Shown: positions 29,002-38,544 of the stretch, one piece after another
How positions within the stretch are numbered: position 1 is the first letter of the stretch
Layout of the letters: every line of letters starts with the position of its first letter
DNA from: Longimicrobiales bacterium
Lineage (GTDB): Bacteria > Gemmatimonadota > Gemmatimonadetes > Longimicrobiales > Gaopeijiaceae
NCBI GenBank assembly: GCA_965202985.1
Contig: CBDBCF010000002.1
Location: forward strand, 864,001-928,000
DNA length: 64,000 nucleotides
Reading direction: 5' to 3'
Translations under genes and position numbers: made by a program
The notes under the pieces: generated by a model
What the model was told of the DNA's origin: nothing
The model's database searches: none
Seen by the model: only the letters and a program-made list of their open reading frames with translations

Positions 29002-29918
29002 GCGGAGGCCTCGGCTGCGGGGGTCCGCGTTGCCGTTGCGGCGCGCGCTTGGTCCATCACTTGCCGCAACAGCTGAAGGTCGTCCCAGGCCGGCCGGCTC
29101 CATCCGGCGTTCCGGAGCAGCGCCGCGGGATGATAGGTCACCACGAGAGGCACGCCCCCGTAGCTGTGCACCTGGCCGCGCAACTTGCCCAGCGCCTTCC
29201 GCGAGCCGGTGAGCCACTGCGCCGCGAAGCTCCCCGTGGCCAGCAGGACCTCCGGGGCCACCAGCTCGAGCTGCCGCTTCAGGAACGGTGCGCACGACTC
29301 GATCTCGACGGGCGCCGGATTGCGGTTCCCGGGCGGTCGACACTTGAGCACGTTGCAGATGTAGACGGAGTCCTTCCGCGACAGCCCGACCGAGGCCAGC
29401 ATCAGGTCCAGCAGCTTGCCCGCCTGGCCTACGAACGGCCGCCCCGTCCGGTCCTCTTCGGCGCCCGGCGCCTCGCCCACGACGATCAGACGCGCCTTGG
29501 GGTTGCCGTCGGAGAAAGCCACGCGCGTGCGACTCTTGGAGAGCGAGCACCGGGTGCACGCCAACGCCAGCTCGCGGAGCTCGTCGTAGCCCGCGTTCTC
29601 GGCGGCAGGGTATCCGGGCGCACCAGAAGGCTCCGGCGAAGCGGCGGCGGCACGACGGCCCCCGCCGGGCAACCCGCCCGCCCGTGCACCCCGGCTTCCG
29701 GCGTACGGCCGAACCGGTTTCGCGCGCCGTCCGCGCGCTGCGGACCCGCGCGGCTCGTCGGCGCGCTGCGGCTCCGAGGCCTTTCGGACGGCCGCTACGA
29801 GGTTGGCGAATTCGCCGGGCTCGATGGCGGTCGGAACCAAGCCGGGATCACCCATCCGACGACGCTGGTCCAAGTATCCGGCCAGCAGGGCCGGGCCCGA
29901 GCCACGGTCAGCCGTCAC
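28998..29918 (-). CDS. Uracil-DNA glycosylase family 4
   Basis: CTRCSL, GEAPG, PFVG, NVLKCRPPGNR, TYHPAALLR. Confidence 0.93.
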   Translation of the reverse strand: MTADRGSGPALLAGYLDQRRRMGDPGLVPTAIEPGEFANLVAAVRKASEPQRADEPRGSAARGRRAKPVRPYAGSRGARAGGLPGGGRRAAAASPEPSGAPGYPAAENAGYDELRELALACTRCSLSKSRTRVAFSDGNPKARLIVVGEAPGAEEDRTGRPFVGQAGKLLDLMLASVGLSRKDSVYICNVLKCRPPGNRNPAPVEIESCAPFLKRQLELVAPEVLLATGSFAAQWLTGSRKALGKLRGQVHSYGGVPLVVTYHPAALLRNAGWSRPAWDDLQLLRQVMDQARAATATRTPAAEASA

Positions 29919-29931
29919 GTGTCCCGCCCCG

Positions 29932-31218
29932 TCAATCGGCGTCGCCCTCGGCCGGGCCTCCCCGGCGGATCATCGCTTCTTCGGCCAGGTTCAGAACCTC
30001 GTCGGCGAGGGCCGCCTTGCTCATGAGTTCCAGCTCCACGCGGGGGCCGCCCCTGGACAGGACCACCGCCTCGTTGGCGGCCGACCCGAACCCCGAGCCC
30101 TCCCGGCCCGCCAAGTTGGCCACGATCAGGTCGAAGCCCTTCTCGGTCATCTTGCGACGCGCGCGCTCGACGAGATTGGAAGTTTCCAGCGCGAAGCCGA
30201 CGGACACGGCGCCCGGCTTGGCCAGCGGAACCGCCTGCGCGGCGATGTCCGGGTTGGCCACGAGACGCAGGTCCAGCTCCTTCCCGGTGGACTCCCGCTT
30301 GATCTTGTCGGCGGCGGGCGAGGCCGGGCGATAGTCGGACACGGCCGCGGCATAGACGGCCAAGTCCGCGCCGCCGACCCGGTCCAGCACGGCGTCCCGC
30401 ATCTCCTCGGCGGTCTCGACGGCCACGACCTCCACTCCATCGGGGGGCGCGATCTCGCACGGCCCCGCGACCAGGGTCGCGTCGGCTCCTCGGCGCCGCG
30501 CCGACGCCGCCACCGCATACCCCATGCGCCCGGACGACCGAGCGCCCACGTAGCGAACCGGGTCCACGGGCTCGCGGGTCGGGCCGGCGGTCACCAGGAC
30601 CTGCTTCCCCTGCAGCGCGGACCCTTGGGACAAGGCCCTTCCCACCGCCTCCACGATGCTTCGCGGCTCGGCCATCCGGCCCGTTCCTTCTCCCTCTCCC
30701 GCTCCCAGCGGCCCTTCCGCCGGCCCCGTCGCGCGGTAGCCCAGCGTCGCCGTCAGGTGGGCCAGGTTGGCCTGCGTCTGCGGATGGGCGAACATCCGGC
30801 TGTTCATCGCCGGCGCCAGCACGACCGGGGCGTCGGCTGCCAGAAGCACCGCCGACGGCAGGTCGCCGGCCATGCCCGCGGCCGCGCGCGCAAGAAAGTC
30901 GGCCGTGGCGGGGGCCACGCACACGCAGTCGGCTTCTCGCGCCAGCCGAACGTGAGCCGCCGCGCCGCGAGACGAGAACGGGTCCGACACGGGCCGACGG
31001 CCGGTGACGCCCTCGAACGCCAGCGGAGTGACGAAGTTGCGGGCCGCCTCGGTCAGCACCACGTCCACGACCGCCCCGTACAGCGTCAGATCGCGGGCGA
31101 CCTGAACGACCTTGTACGCGCTGACGCCCCCGCACACACCCAGGACGACGCGCCGGTCCTTCCAGGGTCTGCAGGGCTCTCGGACCGGGTAGACCGACCC
31201 GTCCTCCGACAGCCGCAC
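29932..31218 (-). CDS. coaBC: Phosphopantothenoylcysteine decarboxylase / ligase
   Basis: GGVSAYK, APATA, PAMN, TAGPTREPVDPVRY, SSGRMG, AAAVSD, GFALET. Confidence 0.96.
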   Translation of the reverse strand: MRLSEDGSVYPVREPCRPWKDRRVVLGVCGGVSAYKVVQVARDLTLYGAVVDVVLTEAARNFVTPLAFEGVTGRRPVSDPFSSRGAAAHVRLAREADCVCVAPATADFLARAAAGMAGDLPSAVLLAADAPVVLAPAMNSRMFAHPQTQANLAHLTATLGYRATGPAEGPLGAGEGEGTGRMAEPRSIVEAVGRALSQGSALQGKQVLVTAGPTREPVDPVRYVGARSSGRMGYAVAASARRRGADATLVAGPCEIAPPDGVEVVAVETAEEMRDAVLDRVGGADLAVYAAAVSDYRPASPAADKIKRESTGKELDLRLVANPDIAAQAVPLAKPGAVSVGFALETSNLVERARRKMTEKGFDLIVANLAGREGSGFGSAANEAVVLSRGGPRVELELMSKAALADEVLNLAEEAMIRRGGPAEGDAD

Positions 31219-31222
31219 GCGG

Positions 31223-31441
31223 CTAGACCGGATCCGGCTTGCGGCGCTTGACTAGGCGGTACTCCACTTGGCCCGACGTGATCGCTTCCAGGGCCCGAGT
31301 GGACAGCTTCTTCTGGTCGGCCACGATGACGGCCTCGCGGGGAAGCAGGTTCAGCTCCCTCGCGTACTTGGCGGCCACGAGCACGCCCAGGTACTTGCTC
31401 TGGTTGTTCTCGGCGACCTCGCCGGGGGTAAAGACTCTCAC
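31223..31441 (-). CDS. rpoZ: RNA polymerase omega subunit
   Basis: SKYLGVLVAAKYARELN...KLSTRALE; conserved gmk-rpoZ-coaBC context. Confidence 0.85.
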   Translation of the reverse strand: MRVFTPGEVAENNQSKYLGVLVAAKYARELNLLPREAVIVADQKKLSTRALEAITSGQVEYRLVKRRKPDPV

Positions 31442-31556
31442 TTCGCCAAGCACCTCTTGGGAATCTGGGTACGGACGCGGGAAGGGGCAACAAAGGTACA
31501 AAGAACGGGGTGGGAGGACCACCCTGCGCGGACCGTGTAGAGCGTGGGCGGCCCCG

Positions 31557-31790
31557 ATGCCGCCCGCCGCCGTCCGTCGCGCTCTTCGCGGCACCAGAAT
31601 CACTGCGGTGTCGGGACGAGAACTATACGAGGCACTGGGGCCGCTGCTTCCTACCACCATGCTGTTGATCGACGATGGTGGAACGATCCTGATGGCCGAC
31701 TCGAGAAAAGCAAACACAGAGTGCGGATGGAGCTTCGAGGCCCAGGTGGGAGCCCTTCGCAGGGTTTTCTCCAGCGCTCTGATCCGCTAG
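31557..31790 (+). pseudogene. Possible C-terminal remnant of a thioredoxin-fold (TlpA-like) protein
   Basis: LLPTTMLLIDDGGTILMAD resembles the cis-Pro P-T-x-x-x-I-D-x-x-G motif of TlpA/ResA proteins; no N-terminal CxxC half. Confidence 0.35.
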
Positions 31791-31829
31791 TAATCCCACA
31801 TTCACGCCAAGACCCAAGGAGACGAAAAC

Positions 31830-32093
31830 ATGGAAACGATCCTCCAACTCGGTCGCATCGTCGCCGTGACGGTGCTGCTTATCGTCGTGGCGATCGCCCA
31901 CGCGACGGTCAACCCGCCCGTCGCACTCAGCCAGGACGACGAGAAGGAAAAGGAGGAGTGCCTCGACAACGAGGAACTCGGCCCCTGTCTCGAACTAAGG
32001 CACGTCTTCGACAACACGTGCGAGGGAGACGTCTGCTACTCCGCTTTGGAGGCGTGCTGCTGGGACGAGACGGTAATTGTCGTTCCACGGTAA
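31830..32093 (+). CDS. Secreted Cys-rich mini-protein (87 aa, 6 Cys)
   Basis: AAGGAG RBS; hydrophobic signal IVAVTVLLIVVAIAHA; acidic mature part with C-x8-C-x10-C-x4-C-x6-CC. Confidence 0.75.
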   Translation: METILQLGRIVAVTVLLIVVAIAHATVNPPVALSQDDEKEKEECLDNEELGPCLELRHVFDNTCEGDVCYSALEACCWDETVIVVPR

Positions 32094-32097
32094 GTCG

Positions 32098-33240
32098 GTG
32101 GTCGTCGGGCTCGGCCCCCGAGGCCGCTCGGCATTCCTCTGCTGTTTCGTCGTCTCGGTCGGTGGGGCAGCGTCTTGCGGTGAACCGGCGCCGCAGGTTC
32201 CGGAGCCGGTCCGTCCGGCCTCGTTGGAGGATGCCTTCTCGTACGAAGGCGTTGTCCGGATCGAAGAGGATCCGACCGACTCGATCGCCGAGCCGGGCTA
32301 CTTCGTGGAGCGTCGCGCCGACGGCTTCTTGCTGAGCGACCGCTTTCTGCCGAGGGTGCGCGCTTACGACCGCGACGGAGCCCTGGTGGCCTCGTACGGA
32401 AGGCCGGGAGAAGGCCCCGGGGAGTTTATCGGGGTGCGCGCCTTGGCGGAGGTTGCTTCGAACCGAGTCGCCGTGCTCGACAGCCGGCTGCACCGGATCA
32501 CCTACCTGACGAGCGACCTCGAGTTCGAGGCGTTTGTGGGTCTTCCCGGGTCCGCGTCGAACATCGTTGCCCTGGATTCGGGAGTCCTGGCCGTGATGCG
32601 TTTAGCCCAAGGCAACCCTGCGGCGCGGCTCGTCGGCAAGCCTCCTCTTGTCCACCGGATGACGGAGTCCGGCGACGTGACCTGGAGCGGCTACCCGGCT
32701 TCGTTCACGATGTTGGAGCGGCCCTATTGGCCGAGCTTGGCGGGTTACCACGTAGCGACCGCGGGCGACTCAATCTTCGTCATGACTTCCCTGATGTACC
32801 CGGCCACGATCTTGAGCAGCGGGGGCGAAGTCGTCGGCGCGCTCGGCACTCCGTCCGCATCGTTTCGCGAGATCCCCGTGTTCGAGCGACGAGAGTTCGC
32901 GGACTTCGACAACCAGCAGGGAGAGTTCGCGGATGGCGGATTCGATCAAGTGGACCGCATCGACGTCGTATCGGGCTCCCACCTCGTGATGACGCGACGC
33001 AGACAACGCGGCCTTGCGCTTCGAGGATCGCACGACTTTCTGGAAGTCTACGACCTTCGCAACGGCATCAAGCTCTACGAGGACGTGCCCTTGCCCGAGG
33101 GCTCGAGGGTCCTGGGCGGCGGAAGGTCCCTCTACCTCCTCCTTGACCAGGACTTCCCGCCGTGGAGGGTCGCCAAGCTACGCCTGCGGACCGACGCCGG
33201 CAGCGTTCCGCAAGGCGGCCCTCGGGCGGCCCCGGACTAG
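32098..33240 (+). CDS. Exported 6-bladed beta-propeller (NHL/TolB-like), possible lipoprotein
   Basis: Signal ending GAASC; YDRDG...YGRPGEGPGEF motif; repeated beta-hairpin blades. Confidence 0.75.
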   Translation: MVVGLGPRGRSAFLCCFVVSVGGAASCGEPAPQVPEPVRPASLEDAFSYEGVVRIEEDPTDSIAEPGYFVERRADGFLLSDRFLPRVRAYDRDGALVASYGRPGEGPGEFIGVRALAEVASNRVAVLDSRLHRITYLTSDLEFEAFVGLPGSASNIVALDSGVLAVMRLAQGNPAARLVGKPPLVHRMTESGDVTWSGYPASFTMLERPYWPSLAGYHVATAGDSIFVMTSLMYPATILSSGGEVVGALGTPSASFREIPVFERREFADFDNQQGEFADGGFDQVDRIDVVSGSHLVMTRRRQRGLALRGSHDFLEVYDLRNGIKLYEDVPLPEGSRVLGGGRSLYLLLDQDFPPWRVAKLRLRTDAGSVPQGGPRAAPD

Positions 33241-33297
33241 GACTAGAACTAGGCGAGCCACGGCGCCGGCGTTGGGGCCGCGAAGACCCGGGCTGGG

Positions 33298-33987
33298 TCA
33301 CTGGGCGGCTCCGGCCTGCCGCTCTTGCTCCAGCCGCCGGATCTCGCATTGGGCGCCGGCTTCGAGCTCCCGACACAGGCGTGCCACGTCCGCATCGGCA
33401 GGCGGGCGGCTACCGTGGCCGCGGCCTTCGCCTTCATCCGCCAGGGTCAGGACCTCCCGGACGGCCGCATCCACGTCGCCGTTGACGACGAAGGCGCCGA
33501 ACGACGACGCGGCGGCCAGCTCGCCCACGGCGGTGCGGAGACGCCGGGCGATCTCCGCGGGCGCTTCGGTGCCCCGCCCCGCCAAGCGGCCGATCCACAC
33601 CTCGGGACTGGGAGGGAGCACGAAGAGCGCCACCGCGTCCAGAACGCGATCGAGGACTTGGCGTGCGCCCTGCACGTCGATGTCCAGCACGGGGGTGCGG
33701 CCGTCGCCGTCCGCGGGCGCCGCCAGGTTGGCCACAGGCGTCCCGTAGCACTGCCCGTGGACCTGGGCCCATTCGGCCAGCTCGCCCCGGTCCACCATCT
33801 CCATGAACTCGGCGCGCGACACGAAGTGGTACTCGCGACCCGACCGCTCGCCTGCGCGCGGAGGGCGCGTCGTGGTCGAGACCGAGAAGACGAACCGCTC
33901 CGGATGCAGCGCGACCAACCTTCCCGCGATCGTGGTCTTGCCCGCCCCCGACGGTCCCACGAGCACCAGCGGCCCGGCCCGCGTCAC
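33298..33987 (-). CDS. gmk: Guanylate kinase
   Basis: GPSGAGKTT, SVSTTTRPPRAGE, EYHF, YGT, LDIDVQGA. Confidence 0.96.
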   Translation of the reverse strand: MTRAGPLVLVGPSGAGKTTIAGRLVALHPERFVFSVSTTTRPPRAGERSGREYHFVSRAEFMEMVDRGELAEWAQVHGQCYGTPVANLAAPADGDGRTPVLDIDVQGARQVLDRVLDAVALFVLPPSPEVWIGRLAGRGTEAPAEIARRLRTAVGELAAASSFGAFVVNGDVDAAVREVLTLADEGEGRGHGSRPPADADVARLCRELEAGAQCEIRRLEQERQAGAAQ

Positions 33988-34910
33988 TCCACGTTCTCCA
34001 GCTGCTCGCGCAACTGCTCCAGCTCCTCCTTCACGGCCACCGAGGCGGCTGCGATCGCCGCGTCGTTGGCCTTGGCGCCGATCGTGTTAGCCTCCCGGTT
34101 CATCTCCTGCACTACGAACCCCAGCCTCTTGCCCGCCCGGCCCCCGGCCTCGACCGACTCCAGGAACAGCGCCACGTGGGACCGCAGCCGCACGACCTCT
34201 TCGGCCACGTCCCACCGCTCCGCCAAGTAGGCGACCTCGCGCGCCAAGCGCTCCTCGTCCACGTCCACCGAGTCGGCCAGGACGCGAACCCGCTCCCGCA
34301 ACCGGTCCCTTTCCCGCAGCAGCCGCTTCGGTGCCAGCGCTTCCACGGCGTCCACGTGCGCAGCGATCCGGTCCAGGCTGGCCCGCAACGCCGTCTCCAA
34401 GCGCCCGCCCTCCGTCTCCCGCATCGCCACCAGCTCGTCCAGCGCGCGGTCCACGCACTCCAGCAGCGCGTCTTCGGCAGGAAGTTGCGCCGCCGCCTTC
34501 TCCACTCGGAAGACGCCCGGCAACGCGGCCAGCGCGGCCATGTCCAGCCGGCCCGTCACCCCCAGCTCGGCCGCCGCGTCGTTCAGCAGCGACACGTAGC
34601 GCCGGGCCCGTTCCAGGTCCAGTTCCAGCACGCCGACCGGAGAGCTCGCGGCCCGTCCCGCCGCGCCGGACGCCGCTCCCCCCGACGCCCCGTTCGGACC
34701 CGTGCAGGAGACCGACACCGAGACGCGGCCCCGCGACAGCCGTTCCCGCGCTCGCTCCAGGACGCTGCCGTCCAGGGACTCCCATCCCTGCGGCATCCGC
34801 ACCGACGCGCTCAAGTGCCGATGGTTCACGGTCCGCACCTCGACGCGAAGCACGCGCCCGTCCGGCAGCGCCTTCTCGGCGGCACCGTAGCCCGTCATGC
34901 TGCGAATCAT
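33984..34910 (-). CDS. yicC: YicC/YloC family endoribonuclease
   Basis: MIRSMTGYG, RTVNHR, EEVVRLRSH, GKRLGFVVQEMNREANTIGAK, REQLENVE. Confidence 0.95.
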   Translation of the reverse strand: MIRSMTGYGAAEKALPDGRVLRVEVRTVNHRHLSASVRMPQGWESLDGSVLERARERLSRGRVSVSVSCTGPNGASGGAASGAAGRAASSPVGVLELDLERARRYVSLLNDAAAELGVTGRLDMAALAALPGVFRVEKAAAQLPAEDALLECVDRALDELVAMRETEGGRLETALRASLDRIAAHVDAVEALAPKRLLRERDRLRERVRVLADSVDVDEERLAREVAYLAERWDVAEEVVRLRSHVALFLESVEAGGRAGKRLGFVVQEMNREANTIGAKANDAAIAAASVAVKEELEQLREQLENVE

Positions 34911-34920
34911 CGGCGGCCCC

Positions 34921-36963
34921 TCAGTTCCACATCGTCCAGCGCACGCCGTACAGGCTCCGGGTCCCCGGAAGCAGCCGCCCCGGCACGTCCTGGTTGTTCT
35001 CGCGCAGCGTCAGGTTCTCGATCGTCAGGAAGACGTTCAGCGACAGGATCCGCATCTGCAGTCTGAAGTACCAGTCCTGGTAGAACGGGACCACGGAGGG
35101 CACGAACTCGGGCTCGTCCCCGCCGGCGGCAGCCGCGCCGACCGGGAACGAGAAGTCGGCGCCGGGATCGGCAGGCGGTGGGAGCGCAGGCCGGGGCACG
35201 GCCATGGCGGCTCGTCCTTGGGCGCCCAGGTCGACCCAGAGCTCGAAGTTCCCGGAGGCGCGGAAGACGCGGTGGAACGAGAGGCCGGCGTCGTAGAGAT
35301 GGTCGGGAAAGTAGAGCGCGTCCGACAGCGCGCCCGCTGAGTCCGCAGGTTCCCACAGCTGAACGGTCCCCCGCAAGGCCAAGCCCCTCGGCCACAGCGG
35401 AACGCGCCCCCCGAACTCCCAGCCGCTCCGAGGCGCCTGGGGAAGCACGAGCCCCCCCCGGTCGAAGGGGAGCCCCGTAGGCCAGACCGAGTCGGCCTCC
35501 GCGTGCATCCGCGCGCCTTCCGCCTCCAGGCCCCGCCACGCCAACCGAAGACCGTACCGCGTGTTGGTCCGGTCGGTGAATCGACTGCCGGGCACCAAAC
35601 TGTCCGCCGCTGCCCCGGCCACGTCGCCGGCGCCCGGCGCGGCGCTCGAATCGGGCTCCACGGGCAAGGGCAGCAGGTAGGGCACCGAGCGGCGGCCCGC
35701 GCCTCGCTTCGCGAACAGGTCCAGCGACAGTCCCCAGATCGAGACGGGCGTCGCCCAGGCCCGCAGGTCGTAGCCCGAACCCGAACTTCCGTCCCACGCC
35801 TCTTGCCAAACGCGGCCGTCGACGCCGCCCCATCGCGTCCACGCCGCCGACGCCTCCGCGGACAGCTCGCGATCCGCCACGCCCGCCCCGCTGTTGAAGC
35901 GCCCGGTGACGCCGCCCCACACGCCGCCCCATTCCCCGTCCCGTCGGGCCGCGAGTCTGGCGCCGTACTGCTTCCGCCCCTCTGCCGCGAACGGGAACGC
36001 CGCCGCGCTGTCGCTGCTGGAGATCGACGCACCCGTGGCCCACGTCTCGGCCAGCAGACCGTCGGCCAAGCTCCACGCGCCCTGCACCGTCCAGTCGGAT
36101 CGGGTCGCCGACGACGGGGCGAAGGCCGAGTCGGTCCGCTCCGACGCCATGCGCCGATACTCGAAGCGCACTCCGCCCCGGTCGCCCTGATGCAGGCTGT
36201 AGCGGAACCACCCGCCGGTCACCGCCCCCGGGTCCTCGCGGCCCTGGGTGTCCAGCCGCTCGATCGCCAGCGACGCCTTGCCCCAAAGGGCGCGGGGCAT
36301 GGAAAAGAAGCCCCGAAGCACGTTCGTGTTCTGATCGCCGGTGCCGGCCTCGATCAGGGAGTGGGGCCGGGCGTCGGCGTGGACGAACCGGTACAGGTGC
36401 ACCTCCAGCCCTCCCGCGCGCCGAACCACGCGCACTCGCTCCAACCCCGAGAGGGCAACTCTGGACAGATCGGCCACCGAGCCCTCGAGCGGAAGGTGCT
36501 CCACGCCGTCGAAGAAGACCCGCAGGCCGCCGCCCGAGTACCCCACCGGGAAGGCCGTCGAAGGCGAGCCGAAGTCGCCGTTGCGGACCGCCAGCAGTCC
36601 GGGGATGCCCGACAGCAGCGCGCGCAGGGTCTGGCCCCGGGCCGCCAGCAACGCTTGCCGGTCCCACTCCCAGCCGCCGGGGGCCGCTCCCGTCGACGAC
36701 GGATCAAGCAGCACGGGCAGGACCGGGGGCGGCGGCAGGCTGTCCACCGCGACGGAGTCCGACGGCAACGAGTCCGACGGGACCTCCAGCGTGTCCGCAG
36801 CGGGAACGTCGAGCGTGTCGGCCGGCGGCGCCCCCAGCGTGTCGGGCGGCGGGTCCTGGCCCCGGCTCTCGGAGGGCGACGCCAGGATCAGCAGAAAGCC
36901 AGCGACAGCGACGGCGGCAACAGGGGCGGTTCTCAAGATCGGGCGTCGGCCTGCCAGTCGCAC
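34921..36963 (-). CDS. Putative outer-membrane beta-barrel protein with plug-like N-domain
   Basis: Signal peptide, LLSGIPGL...RVFFDG...LERVRV plug-like segment, amphipathic beta strands, C-terminal YGVRWTMWN. Confidence 0.65.
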   Translation of the reverse strand: MRLAGRRPILRTAPVAAVAVAGFLLILASPSESRGQDPPPDTLGAPPADTLDVPAADTLEVPSDSLPSDSVAVDSLPPPPVLPVLLDPSSTGAAPGGWEWDRQALLAARGQTLRALLSGIPGLLAVRNGDFGSPSTAFPVGYSGGGLRVFFDGVEHLPLEGSVADLSRVALSGLERVRVVRRAGGLEVHLYRFVHADARPHSLIEAGTGDQNTNVLRGFFSMPRALWGKASLAIERLDTQGREDPGAVTGGWFRYSLHQGDRGGVRFEYRRMASERTDSAFAPSSATRSDWTVQGAWSLADGLLAETWATGASISSSDSAAAFPFAAEGRKQYGARLAARRDGEWGGVWGGVTGRFNSGAGVADRELSAEASAAWTRWGGVDGRVWQEAWDGSSGSGYDLRAWATPVSIWGLSLDLFAKRGAGRRSVPYLLPLPVEPDSSAAPGAGDVAGAAADSLVPGSRFTDRTNTRYGLRLAWRGLEAEGARMHAEADSVWPTGLPFDRGGLVLPQAPRSGWEFGGRVPLWPRGLALRGTVQLWEPADSAGALSDALYFPDHLYDAGLSFHRVFRASGNFELWVDLGAQGRAAMAVPRPALPPPADPGADFSFPVGAAAAGGDEPEFVPSVVPFYQDWYFRLQMRILSLNVFLTIENLTLRENNQDVPGRLLPGTRSLYGVRWTMWN

Positions 36964-38528
36964 TGGGCCGCCACCCACTCCAGCAGCAGGCGCGTGGGGC
37001 TTCCCAGGGCGCCGTTCCGCAAGTAGGGCTTCTTGGTCTTGCCGTACGCCGTGCCCGCGATGTCCAGGTGGGCCCACGGAACGCCCTGCACGAACTCGGA
37101 GAGGAAGCAGGCGGCGGTGATCGTGCCCGCCTCGCGGCCGCCCACGTTCTTCAGGTCGGCCACCGGGCTGTCCAGCTGCTTCCGGTACTCCTTGTCCATG
37201 GGAAGCTCCCAGCAGCGCTGGTCCGCCGCTTCGCCCGCCGCGATCAGCGACTCCACCAACGCCCGGTCGCTCCCCAGCACGGCCGAGCGGTGACGGCCCA
37301 GGGCCACCACGCACGCCCCCGTGAGCGTGGCGCAGTCCACCATGGCGTGCGGCTTCCACTCCGCCGCGTAGTGCAGGGCGTCGGCCAGGATCAGACGGCC
37401 CTCGGCGTCGGTGTTGATCACCTCGATCGTCTTGCCGGCCCGCGCCCGCACCACATCGCCCGGCTTGTTGGCCGACCCGTTCAGCAGGTTCTCGGAACAA
37501 GGGACGACGCCGATCACGTGCGCCGACGCCCGCAGCCGGCCCACGGCCTGCATGGCGCCCAGCACCGCCGCGCCGCCCGACATGTCGTACTTCATCTCCT
37601 CCATGCCCTTGGCCGGCTTGATGGAGATCCCCCCCGCGTCGAAGGTCAGCCCCTTCCCCACCAGCGCCAGCCTGGGCGCATCGGGACCGGCCCCCTCGTG
37701 GTGCAGCACGATCAGGCACGGCGGCTGGTCGGACCCGCGGGCCACCGACAGCAGAGCGCCCATGTCCTCGGCCTCCATCTCCTCGCGCCCCAGGACTTGG
37801 CACTCCAAGCGGAACCGGGTCGCCATCCTCCGAGCCTCGTCCGCCAAGCGGGCGGGCGTGGCCTTGTTGCCGGGCCGGGCTTGCAGGGTCCGGGCGAAGT
37901 TCTCTGCCTCCGCGTACGCCATGCCGGCGGCGACGCCTCGCTTCCAGTCGCCGACGTCGCCGACGAAGATCGTGGCCGACTCCACCGGCGGAACGGGTCG
38001 CCCGGCCACGCGCACCGGGTCGTCCTTCAGCTCGTCGAAGCGCCAAGCCGCAAGCGCCAGTCCTTCCGCAAGCTCGTGGCCCGGTCGGGAGTCGCCCTGG
38101 TCGCCGTCCAGGTGGGCCACGCACACGGCGAGCGACGACTCGGCCAGCGCCTCCGCGGCCCGAACCGCCCTGCCGCCCAGTTCGCGGTAGACGCCGGGTT
38201 CTTCGTTCGGGCGCGGCCCCACGCCCAGGAACAGGAGTCGCTGAAAGGTGGCAGGCGACCCAGCGCCGGACGAACCGGCGGCGGCCTCGTCGCTGCGGGA
38301 GGCCCCGTCGCTGGACGCCCTTCCGTACGCCGGGAGGCGGTCCTGCCTGCGCCCCCGGAACCAGCCGTTCTCCCAGGCCGCGCTCAAGAGGCCGCCCGCC
38401 CGACGGTCCAGCGCCGCAAGCGCCGGGCGCTGCCGAGCGTCCTCGTCCTCGGGCACAGGCACCACCACGAGCGGCGCGCCAAAGGGCGGCGGGGACTGCC
38501 GCGGCGTCTGCTCGACTTCGATTCGCAC
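36933..38528 (-). CDS. pepA: Leucyl aminopeptidase (M17)
   Basis: VGKGLTFDAGG, MKYDMSG, NTDAEGRL, ATLTGA, HLDIAG. Confidence 0.96.
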   Translation of the reverse strand: MRIEVEQTPRQSPPPFGAPLVVVPVPEDEDARQRPALAALDRRAGGLLSAAWENGWFRGRRQDRLPAYGRASSDGASRSDEAAAGSSGAGSPATFQRLLFLGVGPRPNEEPGVYRELGGRAVRAAEALAESSLAVCVAHLDGDQGDSRPGHELAEGLALAAWRFDELKDDPVRVAGRPVPPVESATIFVGDVGDWKRGVAAGMAYAEAENFARTLQARPGNKATPARLADEARRMATRFRLECQVLGREEMEAEDMGALLSVARGSDQPPCLIVLHHEGAGPDAPRLALVGKGLTFDAGGISIKPAKGMEEMKYDMSGGAAVLGAMQAVGRLRASAHVIGVVPCSENLLNGSANKPGDVVRARAGKTIEVINTDAEGRLILADALHYAAEWKPHAMVDCATLTGACVVALGRHRSAVLGSDRALVESLIAAGEAADQRCWELPMDKEYRKQLDSPVADLKNVGGREAGTITAACFLSEFVQGVPWAHLDIAGTAYGKTKKPYLRNGALGSPTRLLLEWVAAQCDWQADARS

Positions 38529-38544
38529 GTTGACGGGCCTCCGT

